This document shows, in pieces, positions 57,401-64,000 of a stretch of DNA of 64,000 nt. The notes beneath the pieces were generated by a model. The model was not told the DNA's origin, ran no database searches, and saw only the letters and a program-made list of their open reading frames with translations. The DNA comes from Bacillota bacterium. Its GTDB lineage: Bacteria; Bacillota_I; Bacilli_A; RF39; UBA660. Position 1 is the stretch's first letter; every line of letters begins with the position of its first letter. The stretch covers positions 34,016 through 98,015 of the forward strand of contig SVAL01000005.1 of NCBI GenBank assembly GCA_015059405.1. Direction: 5' to 3'. The position numbers were made by a program, and so were the translations under genes.

Positions 57401-57956
57401 TGGTGCAACTAGAGTAGATACAGTTGTTGAAGATGAAGTTCTTGATACAGATGATGAATTTGCTCATGTATTAGATGAAGCTGCTAATGAAGGTATCGGT
57501 ATGGATGCTGTAGTTGAAGAAGAGGAAGATTTAGAACATAAAGATGCAATTCAATGGTGGACTGAAATGGCTCCTATCTTAGATGATCCAGATCAAGCGT
57601 TACTTTCAAGAGTGCATATTGCTGAAATAGAAAGAGAAAGAGCTGCTGAAGCTGCACATAGGGCTGTGGAAGCAAGAAATTTTGAAGAACGTAGAGCAGA
57701 ACTTATTGCTGCTGACAAAGAAAGAAGAGTTGCGCTTGAAGCAGATCCAGAAAGAAGAGAAAGAAGAGCACGTGCTATTTTAGATGCTAATGGTCTAGAA
57801 GACACTGATACATCTTTCTTAGAAGAAGTTAGAGCATTAAATCCTGAACTTTATGAAAAATTATGCGAAACTTATCGTGACGTAAAAAGAAATGAATTAA
57901 GAGAACTTTCTGCAAATCTTGCTAATGAAAATAGTGCAGGTTCTGCTAAAAAGTAA
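54459..57956 (+). CDS. Large (1165 aa) highly acidic protein with C-terminal 46-aa tandem repeats. Function unknown.
   Basis: RBS aaaggaggt. Repeats EVLDTDDEFAQVLDEAAGTG..VVDADEDEVVVAGGATGVDTVVED x3-4, with units near-identical at nucleotide level. Terminator hairpin at 57960-57990. Confidence 0.6.
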   Translation: MSEEYGSAGLVRKTEAPERAVKGSNPKKARYTGLSIASLRENIARGRIDSKIEKYNREFEKLKELASEVNQGRKDIEGKDGEELGSTYSDVMVNIERYNAQAKKLAKLGVQILAFDEDIQKITLAGNSAAKAIRVPGFLIGPLRMLTKAGREKARLEKEAKAEKKVLEEQMFDAIVNTAQEAIGQEVEGNIDVAKFDSISTIGDAKDVALGAISSEGEVAPPTVDVEDTEVVAPPTVEGTVEKVVINDELFKEAKAKWEKGIHNVLSELVNTRLQEVNSAATEIEGLEKLGRYTNSDRFYVKKAGDDMLVGYVHGNQRPDSITKDVFAEALGIENEEEQTRLFNSFMDLCLMRDAWEKAASKGDIAKTIPEKREVVDGVEVVTPEIKPLPGALHGEEGIYDEDRVVVFNYVISSVRDGKSQEEIVAGIPDAFDEEQRKVVESFVSNYEVLTKGVAALDEFVAAKTATLVEEPVEKTEETGMFAFLKTNFGQYGVGKGKLKGAEIDVLYIKGEKGEAKEVVNPAKFAEIFNVGPEMSREDILNLYGAFTKTVKFANVWAEVANKRVDETIYEGTIENEYKESAYDYDRKPVFDFIVNSVRSGMSAEEIIEKAKETEIFNENHIEIVTTMVTDHYDLVKDAASIYYGDKPIKKEDADLVDMEKAAVKEVIAELVEKKYGKPKKATEDEDENVVTGGETGDDEFVDEEVVGGGSTGSDDEVVDEEIAVDEDSYVAKIGKLVNEISELARHRDALEAALGSEEAQRQLDALNNLINEKLAQIDELTNNNVVGLARNDDEDEKNNTTGVGTATGSEGEVVDEEEVLDTDDEFAQVLDEEAGLSNEELDELFEGYEFVDGVHNFRVHVENFDDAQRYVCAVGQLLFDHERSNIQIEVGPRVLVEEEEVLDTDDEFAQVLDEAAGTGAAVVDADEDEVVVAGGATGVDTVVEDEVLDTDDEFAQVLDEAAGTGTTVVDADENEVVVAGGATRVDTVVEDEVLDTDDEFAHVLDEAANEGIGMDAVVEEEEDLEHKDAIQWWTEMAPILDDPDQALLSRVHIAEIERERAAEAAHRAVEARNFEERRAELIAADKERRVALEADPERRERRARAILDANGLEDTDTSFLEEVRALNPELYEKLCETYRDVKRNELRELSANLANENSAGSAKK
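57160..57490. repeat. 138-nt tandem repeats (about 2.5 copies, plus a diverged copy at about 56908).
   Basis: Near-identical units starting at about 57160, 57298 and 57436. Confidence 0.75.
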
Positions 57957-58018
57957 TAAATAAATCCTAGTTTATACTAGGATTTTTTTTTATTCATATA
58001 ATTTAGTATGGTGATTTA

Positions 58019-58846
58019 ATGCTTACTAATCTTATTTATTATTTATATAATATAAAAACGGATTATATTCGTAAGAATAAAGATAGTTATATATTTATAT
58101 ATAAAGATATCTTTTATATATTTAAACCTACTACTTTAAATGAAGAATATATATTTTATATTACTAAATATTTTGTTTATAATGATTTTTTTCATATCTT
58201 AATAAAGAATAAAAATAATAAATATATAAGTAAGTATGAGAATAAAGATTATGTTTTAATGAAAGTTAGACTTAAATCAAATAGGTTATTAACTGTTAAT
58301 GATATTATAGATAATAATTTTGTTATAAGTATAAATAATATTAATTGGGTTGATTTATGGAAAAGGAAAATTGATCAAGTTGAAATGTATCTATATAATA
58401 ATGAGATAAGTATTTATAATTTAACAATTATTAATTATTATTTAGAACTAGGGGAGTGTGCGATTAATTATTATATAAATAATGTAAAAAATGATTTTTT
58501 CCCTATTACTTTTTGTCATAAGAGAATAAATAAAGATTTCGACTTATATGATTATTTTAGTATTACTGATATTGTTTTTGATCATCAGGTGCGTGATATA
58601 GCTGAATATATTAAATGTGATATATATAATGATAAAGAGATAGTTTTAGATAAATATAAGAGTCTAATTAATTATAAAGATAAAGAATTATTAGTATCTC
58701 GTTTATTATTTCCTTGTTATTTTTTTGATATTATAGATGATTTTATTATTAATAATAGAGATTTTAATGAATTTAGTTCTTTTTTTACAAATATGGAAGT
58801 ATATGAGACTAATTTATTAAAGATAGTAAATTATATAACAAAATAA
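58019..58846 (+). CDS. Hypothetical protein. Possibly a CotS/YutH-like spore-coat kinase-fold protein, judged by synteny.
   Basis: 275-aa Tyr/Asn-rich ORF between DUF1292 and nifU-like genes, as in the B. subtilis yut region. Sequence evidence is weak. Confidence 0.3.
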   Translation: MLTNLIYYLYNIKTDYIRKNKDSYIFIYKDIFYIFKPTTLNEEYIFYITKYFVYNDFFHILIKNKNNKYISKYENKDYVLMKVRLKSNRLLTVNDIIDNNFVISINNINWVDLWKRKIDQVEMYLYNNEISIYNLTIINYYLELGECAINYYINNVKNDFFPITFCHKRINKDFDLYDYFSITDIVFDHQVRDIAEYIKCDIYNDKEIVLDKYKSLINYKDKELLVSRLLFPCYFFDIIDDFIINNRDFNEFSSFFTNMEVYETNLLKIVNYITK

Positions 58847-58853
58847 AAAGAGT

Positions 58854-59096
58854 TTATTCAACTCTTGTTACTCCTAATACTTCTGGGATTTCATCCATAA
58901 GCATAGCTTCTATACCATCTTTTAAAGTAATATCAATCATACTACAACCAGCACATGCACCTAGAAGTTTAATATAGACTATTCCTTCTTCAAATTTAAT
59001 ATATTCTAGATTACCACCATCATTTTCAAGATAGGGTCTAATTCTATCTAAAACTTCAATAATTTTCTTTTCAATATCGTTGTTTTCTTTTTTCAT
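58854..59096 (-). CDS. NifU-like (Nfu-type) Fe-S cluster scaffold domain protein.
   Basis: LLGACAGCSMIDITLKDGIE C-terminal Nfu motif. I prefer the start at 59096 (GGTGA RBS). Confidence 0.75.
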   Translation of the reverse strand: MKKENNDIEKKIIEVLDRIRPYLENDGGNLEYIKFEEGIVYIKLLGACAGCSMIDITLKDGIEAMLMDEIPEVLGVTRVE

Positions 59097-59193
59097 ATAA
59101 ATCACCAATAAAAGTATACTACTTATTAAATAATAATGTAAAGTGTTTGCGTAAATATTAAATGAGTGATATAATATGCAAGTAGGTGGTATT

Positions 59194-59559
59194 ATGTCTA
59201 AATATGAATGTGGAAAAATTGTTACTGGGTGTGTTACTGGTGTTGAAAATTATGGAATATTTGTTAGTTTAGACGAATATTATAGTGGACTTATTCATAT
59301 TTCAGAAATTTCTACTAAATTTGTTAAAGATATAAATGATTATGTTAATATTGGAGAAACTATTAGAGTTAAGATAGTTGAAAAAGATGATGAAACATGC
59401 CACTTAAAATTAAGTATTAAAGATATAGACTATAGAGTTAATAGTAAAAGACGTAATAAAATAGTAGAAACTGAAAAGGGTTTTGAGACTTTATCAATAA
59501 AATTAGAGGATTGGATAGAAGAAAAATATTCTGAAATAGAAAAGAATGAAAATAATTAA
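59194..59559 (+). CDS. S1-domain RNA-binding protein (general stress protein 13 / YugI-like).
   Basis: GKIVTGCVTGVENYGIFVSLDEYYSGLIHISEIS S1 fold. GGTGG RBS, then ATG 59194. Confidence 0.7.
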   Translation: MSKYECGKIVTGCVTGVENYGIFVSLDEYYSGLIHISEISTKFVKDINDYVNIGETIRVKIVEKDDETCHLKLSIKDIDYRVNSKRRNKIVETEKGFETLSIKLEDWIEEKYSEIEKNENN

Positions 59560-59578
59560 AAAAAATAGAAATTATTTG

Positions 59579-59607
59579 TTGACAAAGAAAATCTAAAATG
59601 ATATATT
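59579..59607 (+). promoter_or_regulatory. Sigma-A promoter of the tRNA array (TTGACA-N17-TATATT).
   Basis: ttgaca at 59579-59584, a 17-nt spacer, tatatt at 59602-59607. A perfect 13-bp palindrome TTGTCAaTGACAA at 59614-59626 lies between the -10 and tRNA-Val. Confidence 0.55.
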
Positions 59608-59641
59608 ATTAATTGTCAATGACAAATTTTATATTGTTGTT

Positions 59642-59718
59642 GGGCGATTAGCTCAGTTGGTTAGAGCACCTGCCTTACAAGCAGGGGGTCATAGGTTCGA
59701 GTCCTATATCGCCCACCA
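59642..59718 (+). tRNA. tRNA-Val (anticodon TAC).
   Basis: Hand-folded cloverleaf. Acceptor gggcgat/atcgccc, anticodon loop cttacaa, TPsiC ggttcgagtcc, encoded CCA. Confidence 0.85.
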
Positions 59719-59724
59719 TTAAGT

Positions 59725-59800
59725 GCCGAAATAGCTCAATTGGTAGAGCAATTGATTTGTAATCAATAGGTTACGGGTTCAAGTCCTGTTTTCGGCACCA
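59725..59800 (+). tRNA. tRNA-Thr (anticodon TGT).
   Basis: Acceptor gccgaaa/tttcggc, anticodon stem attga/tcaat with loop tttgtaa, CCA encoded. Confidence 0.8.
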
Positions 59801-59807
59801 TTTATTT

Positions 59808-59891
59808 GGAGAGGTAGCGAAGTGGCTAAACGCGGCAGACTGTAAATCTGTTCCTTCGGGTTCGATGGTTCGAATCCATCTCTCTCCACCA
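59808..59891 (+). tRNA. tRNA-Tyr (anticodon GTA), long variable arm.
   Basis: Acceptor ggagagg/tctctcc, anticodon loop ctgtaaa, long variable arm, CCA encoded. Confidence 0.85.
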
Positions 59892-59897
59892 CTTGAT

Positions 59898-59972
59898 TGC
59901 CTCGTAGCCAAGCGGTAAGGCATCAGACTTTGACTCTGACATGCGCTAGTTCGAATCTAGCCGAGGCAGCCA
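59898..59972 (+). tRNA. tRNA-Gln (anticodon TTG).
   Basis: U1:A72 acceptor (tgcctcg/cgaggca), anticodon loop ctttgac, CCA encoded. Confidence 0.8.
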
Positions 59973-59979
59973 TATATAT

Positions 59980-60055
59980 GTTCCGTTAGCTCAGCAGGTA
60001 GAGCATTTGACTTTTAATCAAAGGGTCTGGAGTTCGAATCTCCAACGGGACACCA
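59980..60055 (+). tRNA. tRNA-Lys (anticodon TTT).
   Basis: Acceptor gttccgt/acgggac, anticodon loop cttttaa, CCA encoded. Confidence 0.85.
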
Positions 60056-60142
60056 TTTTTTGTGAAAAAACTCATTGAGTTTTTGATATAGATGTCTGAA
60101 AAGACTTGATTGTTAAGTTAAAATACGATACAATCTAAATAT

Positions 60143-60231
60143 GCCTGAGTGGCGGAATAGGTAGACGCACAGGACTTAAAATCCTGCGAGATTCAACCCT
60201 CGTGCCGGTTCAAGTCCGGCCTTAGGCACCA
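60143..60231 (+). tRNA. tRNA-Leu (anticodon TAA), long variable arm.
   Basis: Acceptor gcctgag/cttaggc, anticodon loop cttaaaa, long variable arm, CCA encoded. Confidence 0.85.
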
Positions 60232-60239
60232 ATTATTAT

Positions 60240-60332
60240 GGAGGAATACCCAAGTCTGGTTGAAGGGACCGGTCTTGAAAACCGGGAGGTCGTGAGAGCG
60301 GCGCAGGGGTTCGAATCCCTTTTCCTCCGCCA
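60240..60332 (+). tRNA. tRNA-Ser (anticodon TGA), long variable arm.
   Basis: Acceptor ggaggaa/ttcctcc, anticodon loop cttgaaa, long variable arm, CCA encoded. Confidence 0.85.
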
Positions 60333-60340
60333 TTAGATAT

Positions 60341-60417
<77 letters not shown>

Positions 60418-60425
60418 ATTAATGT

Positions 60426-60501
60426 GGTCTCGTAGTGCAGGGGTTAACACGTCTGCCTGTCACGCAGAAGATCGCGGGTTCAATTCCCGTCGAGACCGCC
60501 A
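60426..60501 (+). tRNA. tRNA-Asp (anticodon GTC).
   Basis: Acceptor ggtctcg/cgagacc, anticodon loop ctgtcac, CCA encoded. Confidence 0.85.
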
Positions 60502-60504
60502 TAT

Positions 60505-60580
<76 letters not shown>

Positions 60581-60620
60581 TTTTTTTAATAAGTAATAAC
60601 GATCATCTGGTCGTAATCAT

Positions 60621-60697
60621 GCGCTCGTAGCTCAGCTGGATAGAGTGTTTGGCTACGAACCAAAAGGTCAGGGGTTCGAATCCCTTCGAGCGCACCA
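60621..60697 (+). tRNA. tRNA-Arg (anticodon ACG).
   Basis: Acceptor gcgctcg/cgagcgc, anticodon loop ctacgaa, CCA encoded. Confidence 0.85.
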
Positions 60698-60701
60698 TAA
60701 T

Positions 60702-60778
60702 CGAGAAGTGGCTCAATTTGGTAGAGCACCTGGTTTGGGACCAGGTGGTTGCAGGTTCAAATCCTGTCTTCTCGACCA
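60702..60778 (+). tRNA. tRNA-Pro (anticodon TGG).
   Basis: C1:G72 acceptor (cgagaag/cttctcg) typical of bacterial tRNA-Pro. Anticodon loop tttggga, CCA encoded. Confidence 0.8.
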
Positions 60779-60786
60779 TTTAGTAT

Positions 60787-60813
60787 TAACTCTTGGAAAC
60801 AAGAGTTTTTTTA
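60787..60813 (+). terminator. Rho-independent terminator of the tRNA operon.
   Basis: aactcttg-gaaa-caagagtt followed by T7. Confidence 0.7.
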
Positions 60814-60842
60814 TTGTTTATTTTATATAAAAAAAGAAGACT

Positions 60843-61136
60843 CTATTTAGAGTCTTCTTCTGGTATTGGTTTGAAAAATTCAGTAATATCAGTATTAGTT
60901 GCAATACATATTCTTCTTAGTGTTTCTAAAGAAGGATATCTTTCTAATAATGTCATACTTTCCATATCAGCTAGTGATTGAAATTGTAAGTCAATCTTAA
61001 TAGATAATTCATTTACACTCATACCGCTTGCTTTTGTTATTCTTCTTAAATTATACTTTATTGTTCTAATAAATTCTGGTTTATCATAAAAATTATTAGT
61101 TTTAGTCATTGCCATCACCAATATTATTATGTTCAA
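60843..61136 (-). CDS. XRE-family (Cro/C1-type HTH) transcriptional regulator.
   Basis: The HTH_3 pattern, about 55 aa at the C-terminus of the 97-aa ORF. The start could be the internal MAMTKT. Confidence 0.55.
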   Translation of the reverse strand: MNIIILVMAMTKTNNFYDKPEFIRTIKYNLRRITKASGMSVNELSIKIDLQFQSLADMESMTLLERYPSLETLRRICIATNTDITEFFKPIPEEDSK

Positions 61137-61181
61137 AAATAAGATTTAATTATATCGTAAAGAATACGAAATATATGATAA

Positions 61182-61670
61182 TTATAAATATTTTTTTATT
61201 TCATCTAAACATTTTTCTTGGAATTTTAATACTTGTTTTGCTAGTTTTATTATTTCTTTATCAACTTCATCTTCATATTCTTTTATTTTCTTTTCCATTT
61301 CTATTATACCCATCGTTAGGCCTTGGATTATTATTTCAGCAACTTTTGAATCACTATTATCCATCATTACATTCATATTTACTCCCATTTTATTCATCAT
61401 TTCAATAAATGGACCTTTATCTTTTGGTTTCATATTGTTTTCTTTTAGTAAGTTTTTAGTTTTCTTTTGAAGTTCTTCATATCCTTCTAGTTGTTTTTCT
61501 ATATCTTTTTTTATTTTATTATCTTTATCTTCTAAAGCTTGTAGTAGGTGAATTAAACCTTTTTTTCCTAAATCTGTTGTTTGGTATATATATTCTAATA
61601 ATTCATTTTTATCATTCATATAATCATTCCTTTCATCTTTATTATGTTTGTTTTTTAGGTATTTATACAT
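61182..61670 (-). CDS. Hypothetical coiled-coil protein.
   Basis: 162-aa charged, helical ORF upstream of the XRE regulator on the same strand. Confidence 0.5.
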   Translation of the reverse strand: MYKYLKNKHNKDERNDYMNDKNELLEYIYQTTDLGKKGLIHLLQALEDKDNKIKKDIEKQLEGYEELQKKTKNLLKENNMKPKDKGPFIEMMNKMGVNMNVMMDNSDSKVAEIIIQGLTMGIIEMEKKIKEYEDEVDKEIIKLAKQVLKFQEKCLDEIKKYL

Positions 61671-61700
61671 CTATATGTTATAATTATCTTAGGTGATAAT

Positions 61701-62315
61701 ATGAAGAATATTTTAAAAAAATTATTGATTATATTATTTATATTAGTTTTAACTGGATGTGGAAAAAAAGGTGAAGAAAAGGAAATATCTTTATTAGGAA
61801 AAGATGATGAATACTATAATTGGGTATATTCTATTGAAGATGATTCTATTGTTAGGGTTTCTAATGAAGAGTATTATGGTGAAGAAAATAGTGATGAAGA
61901 ATATTTATTAGGTGGTAAATATATTTTTACTTTTCAAGCTTTAAAAACAGGAAAAACTAGAGTTAAGTTTTCTTATGTTAAATCTTGGGATAAAGATGAT
62001 GAAGTATTTAATTATTATGTTGATATAGAAGTTGATAAAGACTTAAATATAGATATTACTAAGGAATTAGGTAATTACTTATACTTATTAAAATTTATTA
62101 AATTAGATTTAAAGACTTTAGGATTAGATAAAGATTTTTATGAATATCATTATTATTTTTCTGATGATCCTGTTGAATTTGATGATTATGAGTGTATGAG
62201 GTTATCTGTATATGATTACAGTAATAATCCAGTTGGTTATTATGCAATATCAGGCTCAAATGATTATGTTTTTAAGGTAATAGATGATGAATATGTATTA
62301 TTAAATAAAGATTGA
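61701..62315 (+). CDS. Lipoprotein (lipobox LTGC).
   Basis: MKNILKKLLIILFILVLTGCGKK signal with a lipobox. Confidence 0.55.
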   Translation: MKNILKKLLIILFILVLTGCGKKGEEKEISLLGKDDEYYNWVYSIEDDSIVRVSNEEYYGEENSDEEYLLGGKYIFTFQALKTGKTRVKFSYVKSWDKDDEVFNYYVDIEVDKDLNIDITKELGNYLYLLKFIKLDLKTLGLDKDFYEYHYYFSDDPVEFDDYECMRLSVYDYSNNPVGYYAISGSNDYVFKVIDDEYVLLNKD

Positions 62316-62369
62316 TTTTATCAATCTTTTTATTTTGAATATATTGTATATTTTTTCATATATTTTAAT

Positions 62370-63152
62370 ATGAAAAAATATTTTATTTATATTATATTAT
62401 TTTTTATATTAGTATTGTTTTTGGTAATTAAGATTTTTTTATCTTCTAATTTGTCTAATTTTGTTTTTTCCACAGTTAATGGGTTTGAGGTAAAAGATGA
62501 TGAGATCATAGGATGTAGTTTGAAAGGAGGAAATATTGTTATTCCGAAGATGATAGATGGTGTTTTAATTACTAGAATAGGAGATAATGCTTTTAAGGGA
62601 TTAGAAATTGAAAATGTTTATATTCCTGATTCAATTACAAGTATTGGTTCTTATGCTTTTGCGGATAATAATATTACTACTTTAAATATTCCATCTAGCG
62701 TAAAAGAGATTGGAGAAGGAGCTTTTATTCATAATGAGATTATGGATTTAAATATTTCTAAAGGTACTATTATTGGTGATGCTTGTTTTAATGATAATAA
62801 ATTAGATAGTTCTAGTGCTTTTTTTTATAGAGATAATGTCTTAGTTAGTTATGGTGGTAGTATAAAGGGTAATGTAGTAGTACCTAATATTAAAAGTATT
62901 GGTACTAAGGCTTTTTTTGAGAGTGGTATTATTTCCGTTACTATTCCTAACAGTGTTGAAAGAATTGAAGATGATGCTTTTAAAAGTAATTATTTAATTG
63001 AAGTGTATTTATCTAATAATATAGATTTTGTATCAGAAACAGCTTTTTCTAATAATATATATTTAAGTGAAATTGTAATTGATAATAATAAAGATAAGTT
63101 ATCTAATTATCCTTGGGGTGCATATAGTTCTAATCTTTTTTGGTTAAAATAA
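62370..63152 (+). CDS. BspA-type leucine-rich-repeat (LRR_5) surface protein with an N-terminal TM or signal anchor.
   Basis: Repeated IxxIGxxAFxxxxIxxVxIPxSV units (ITSIGSYAFADNNITTLNIPSSVKEIGEGAF...). Confidence 0.65.
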   Translation: MKKYFIYIILFFILVLFLVIKIFLSSNLSNFVFSTVNGFEVKDDEIIGCSLKGGNIVIPKMIDGVLITRIGDNAFKGLEIENVYIPDSITSIGSYAFADNNITTLNIPSSVKEIGEGAFIHNEIMDLNISKGTIIGDACFNDNKLDSSSAFFYRDNVLVSYGGSIKGNVVVPNIKSIGTKAFFESGIISVTIPNSVERIEDDAFKSNYLIEVYLSNNIDFVSETAFSNNIYLSEIVIDNNKDKLSNYPWGAYSSNLFWLK

Positions 63153-63169
63153 AAAATAGGAATTAATTC

Positions 63170-63778
63170 CTATTTTTCTTTTTCATTAAATATTATTTTT
63201 ACATTGGCAAGTTGTGCAGCTTCTAATTTTTTAGTAGCTAGATCACTTCCATCTAAGAAAATTAAATCTAAGTATTCCCATAAGAAGAACCATAATCCAA
63301 TTGCTATGATTTCAGAAATTGTTGGGATAACATTTATTAAATTAAGCAACATAAATAGAAGAGTACTAATAGCGCCAAATATTAATAATGTATATGATTT
63401 TCTTTTCATAATATTAATATCTATAATAGCGTCTCCAAATTTTAAACCAAAGTATTGAGTTAAGACTCTTTTAATTAGATTTTGTTCTTTTTCATTAAAT
63501 TTATGTCCACATATTTCTATAACTATTGATTCTTCAACAGGAATATAATAAGCCATAGTTTCTATATATTCTATAAATGTGGGATTAACCCATTCATAAT
63601 CTTCTATAGAGTGTTTAGAAATGATATCGTATAAAGATGTTACTTTAGCGGAAATATAAGCTTTTCCGTCATCGTCTATATAATATTCACTTATAAAGTT
63701 TTCATAGTTGAATTTAGTTTTTCTATACTTTCTTAGATTTCTTTTTACTTTTTCATTTCTCTTAGTAATTAATGCCAT
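63170..63778 (-). CDS. Hypothetical membrane protein.
   Basis: 202 aa with two central TM helices. No domain recognised. Confidence 0.5.
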   Translation of the reverse strand: MALITKRNEKVKRNLRKYRKTKFNYENFISEYYIDDDGKAYISAKVTSLYDIISKHSIEDYEWVNPTFIEYIETMAYYIPVEESIVIEICGHKFNEKEQNLIKRVLTQYFGLKFGDAIIDINIMKRKSYTLLIFGAISTLLFMLLNLINVIPTISEIIAIGLWFFLWEYLDLIFLDGSDLATKKLEAAQLANVKIIFNEKEK

Positions 63779-63870
63779 AAATAATTATCACATCCTTTTA
63801 ACATTTTATCATTTTTTTGATTACTTGTAAAATCATCTTATTAAATTTATAATAGTTATGGGTGTGGTAA

Positions 63871-64000
63871 TATGAAGTATTCTTGGGATTTAAAAAGATT
63901 ATATATGAAGATAGAGGATTTTTATTTAGATATGACTTTAATTAGGGATAAAATAAAAGTTCTTTGTAGTCATAGGGAAATAAAAATAGATGGGAATAGT
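63871..64000 (+). CDS. 5' end of an ORF running off the window.
   Basis: ATG at 63871 preceded by ggtgtggt. Open to the end of the window. Confidence 0.3.

Overview
This is a 64 kb window of low-GC (about 26-28% GC by eye) chromosomal DNA from a spore-forming Bacillota (Firmicute), with mostly plus-strand, tightly packed genes. I recognise the following housekeeping and sporulation content. A STAS-domain protein and a sporulation sigma factor sit upstream of spoVAC-spoVAD-spoVAE. scpA-scpB follow. nrdD-nrdG (anaerobic ribonucleotide reductase) has an unusually long AT-rich leader. Also present are feoA-feoB, an ABC-F ATPase, rmuC, tex, trpS, rluA-like and rluB pseudouridine synthases, a D-Ala-D-Ala carboxypeptidase, a ferredoxin, a yunB/yutD/DUF1292/cotS-like/nifU-like neighbourhood, and a 12-gene tRNA array (59642-60778) with its own promoter and terminator. 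The most striking non-housekeeping content is a dispersed family of four paralogous modular type IV pilins at 8196-10307, 23518-24492, 36873-39134 and 39269-40549. Each has a canonical class III prepilin signal (MKxxKG|FTLIELL...) and a conserved pilin domain of about 205 aa ending at GDNY. After that come unrelated C-terminal passenger modules: DUF285-type 30-aa tandem repeats, a GLUG-motif domain, a Pro-rich linker plus a globular domain, and a Gly/Asn/Ser-rich short domain. The first paralog has a G9 homopolymer inside the spacer of its sigma-A-like promoter, which makes it a phase-variation candidate. The two tandem paralogs share an almost identical block of about 200 nt covering promoter, leader and 5' CDS. 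The second paralog is flanked by a membrane thioredoxin-like protein and a GT2 glycosyltransferase. Other points of interest: the NrdD glycyl-radical tail is encoded as a separate 57-aa ORF. An mTERF-like protein with about 15 tandem 26-aa repeats lies next to the RluA-like gene. Five translationally coupled genes of unknown function follow rluB. A 1165-aa acidic protein has 46-aa tandem repeats. A membrane protein has 31-aa Pro/Thr repeats. No spoIIAB-like kinase lies between the STAS gene and the sigma factor. No CRISPR array, IS element or prophage is visible.
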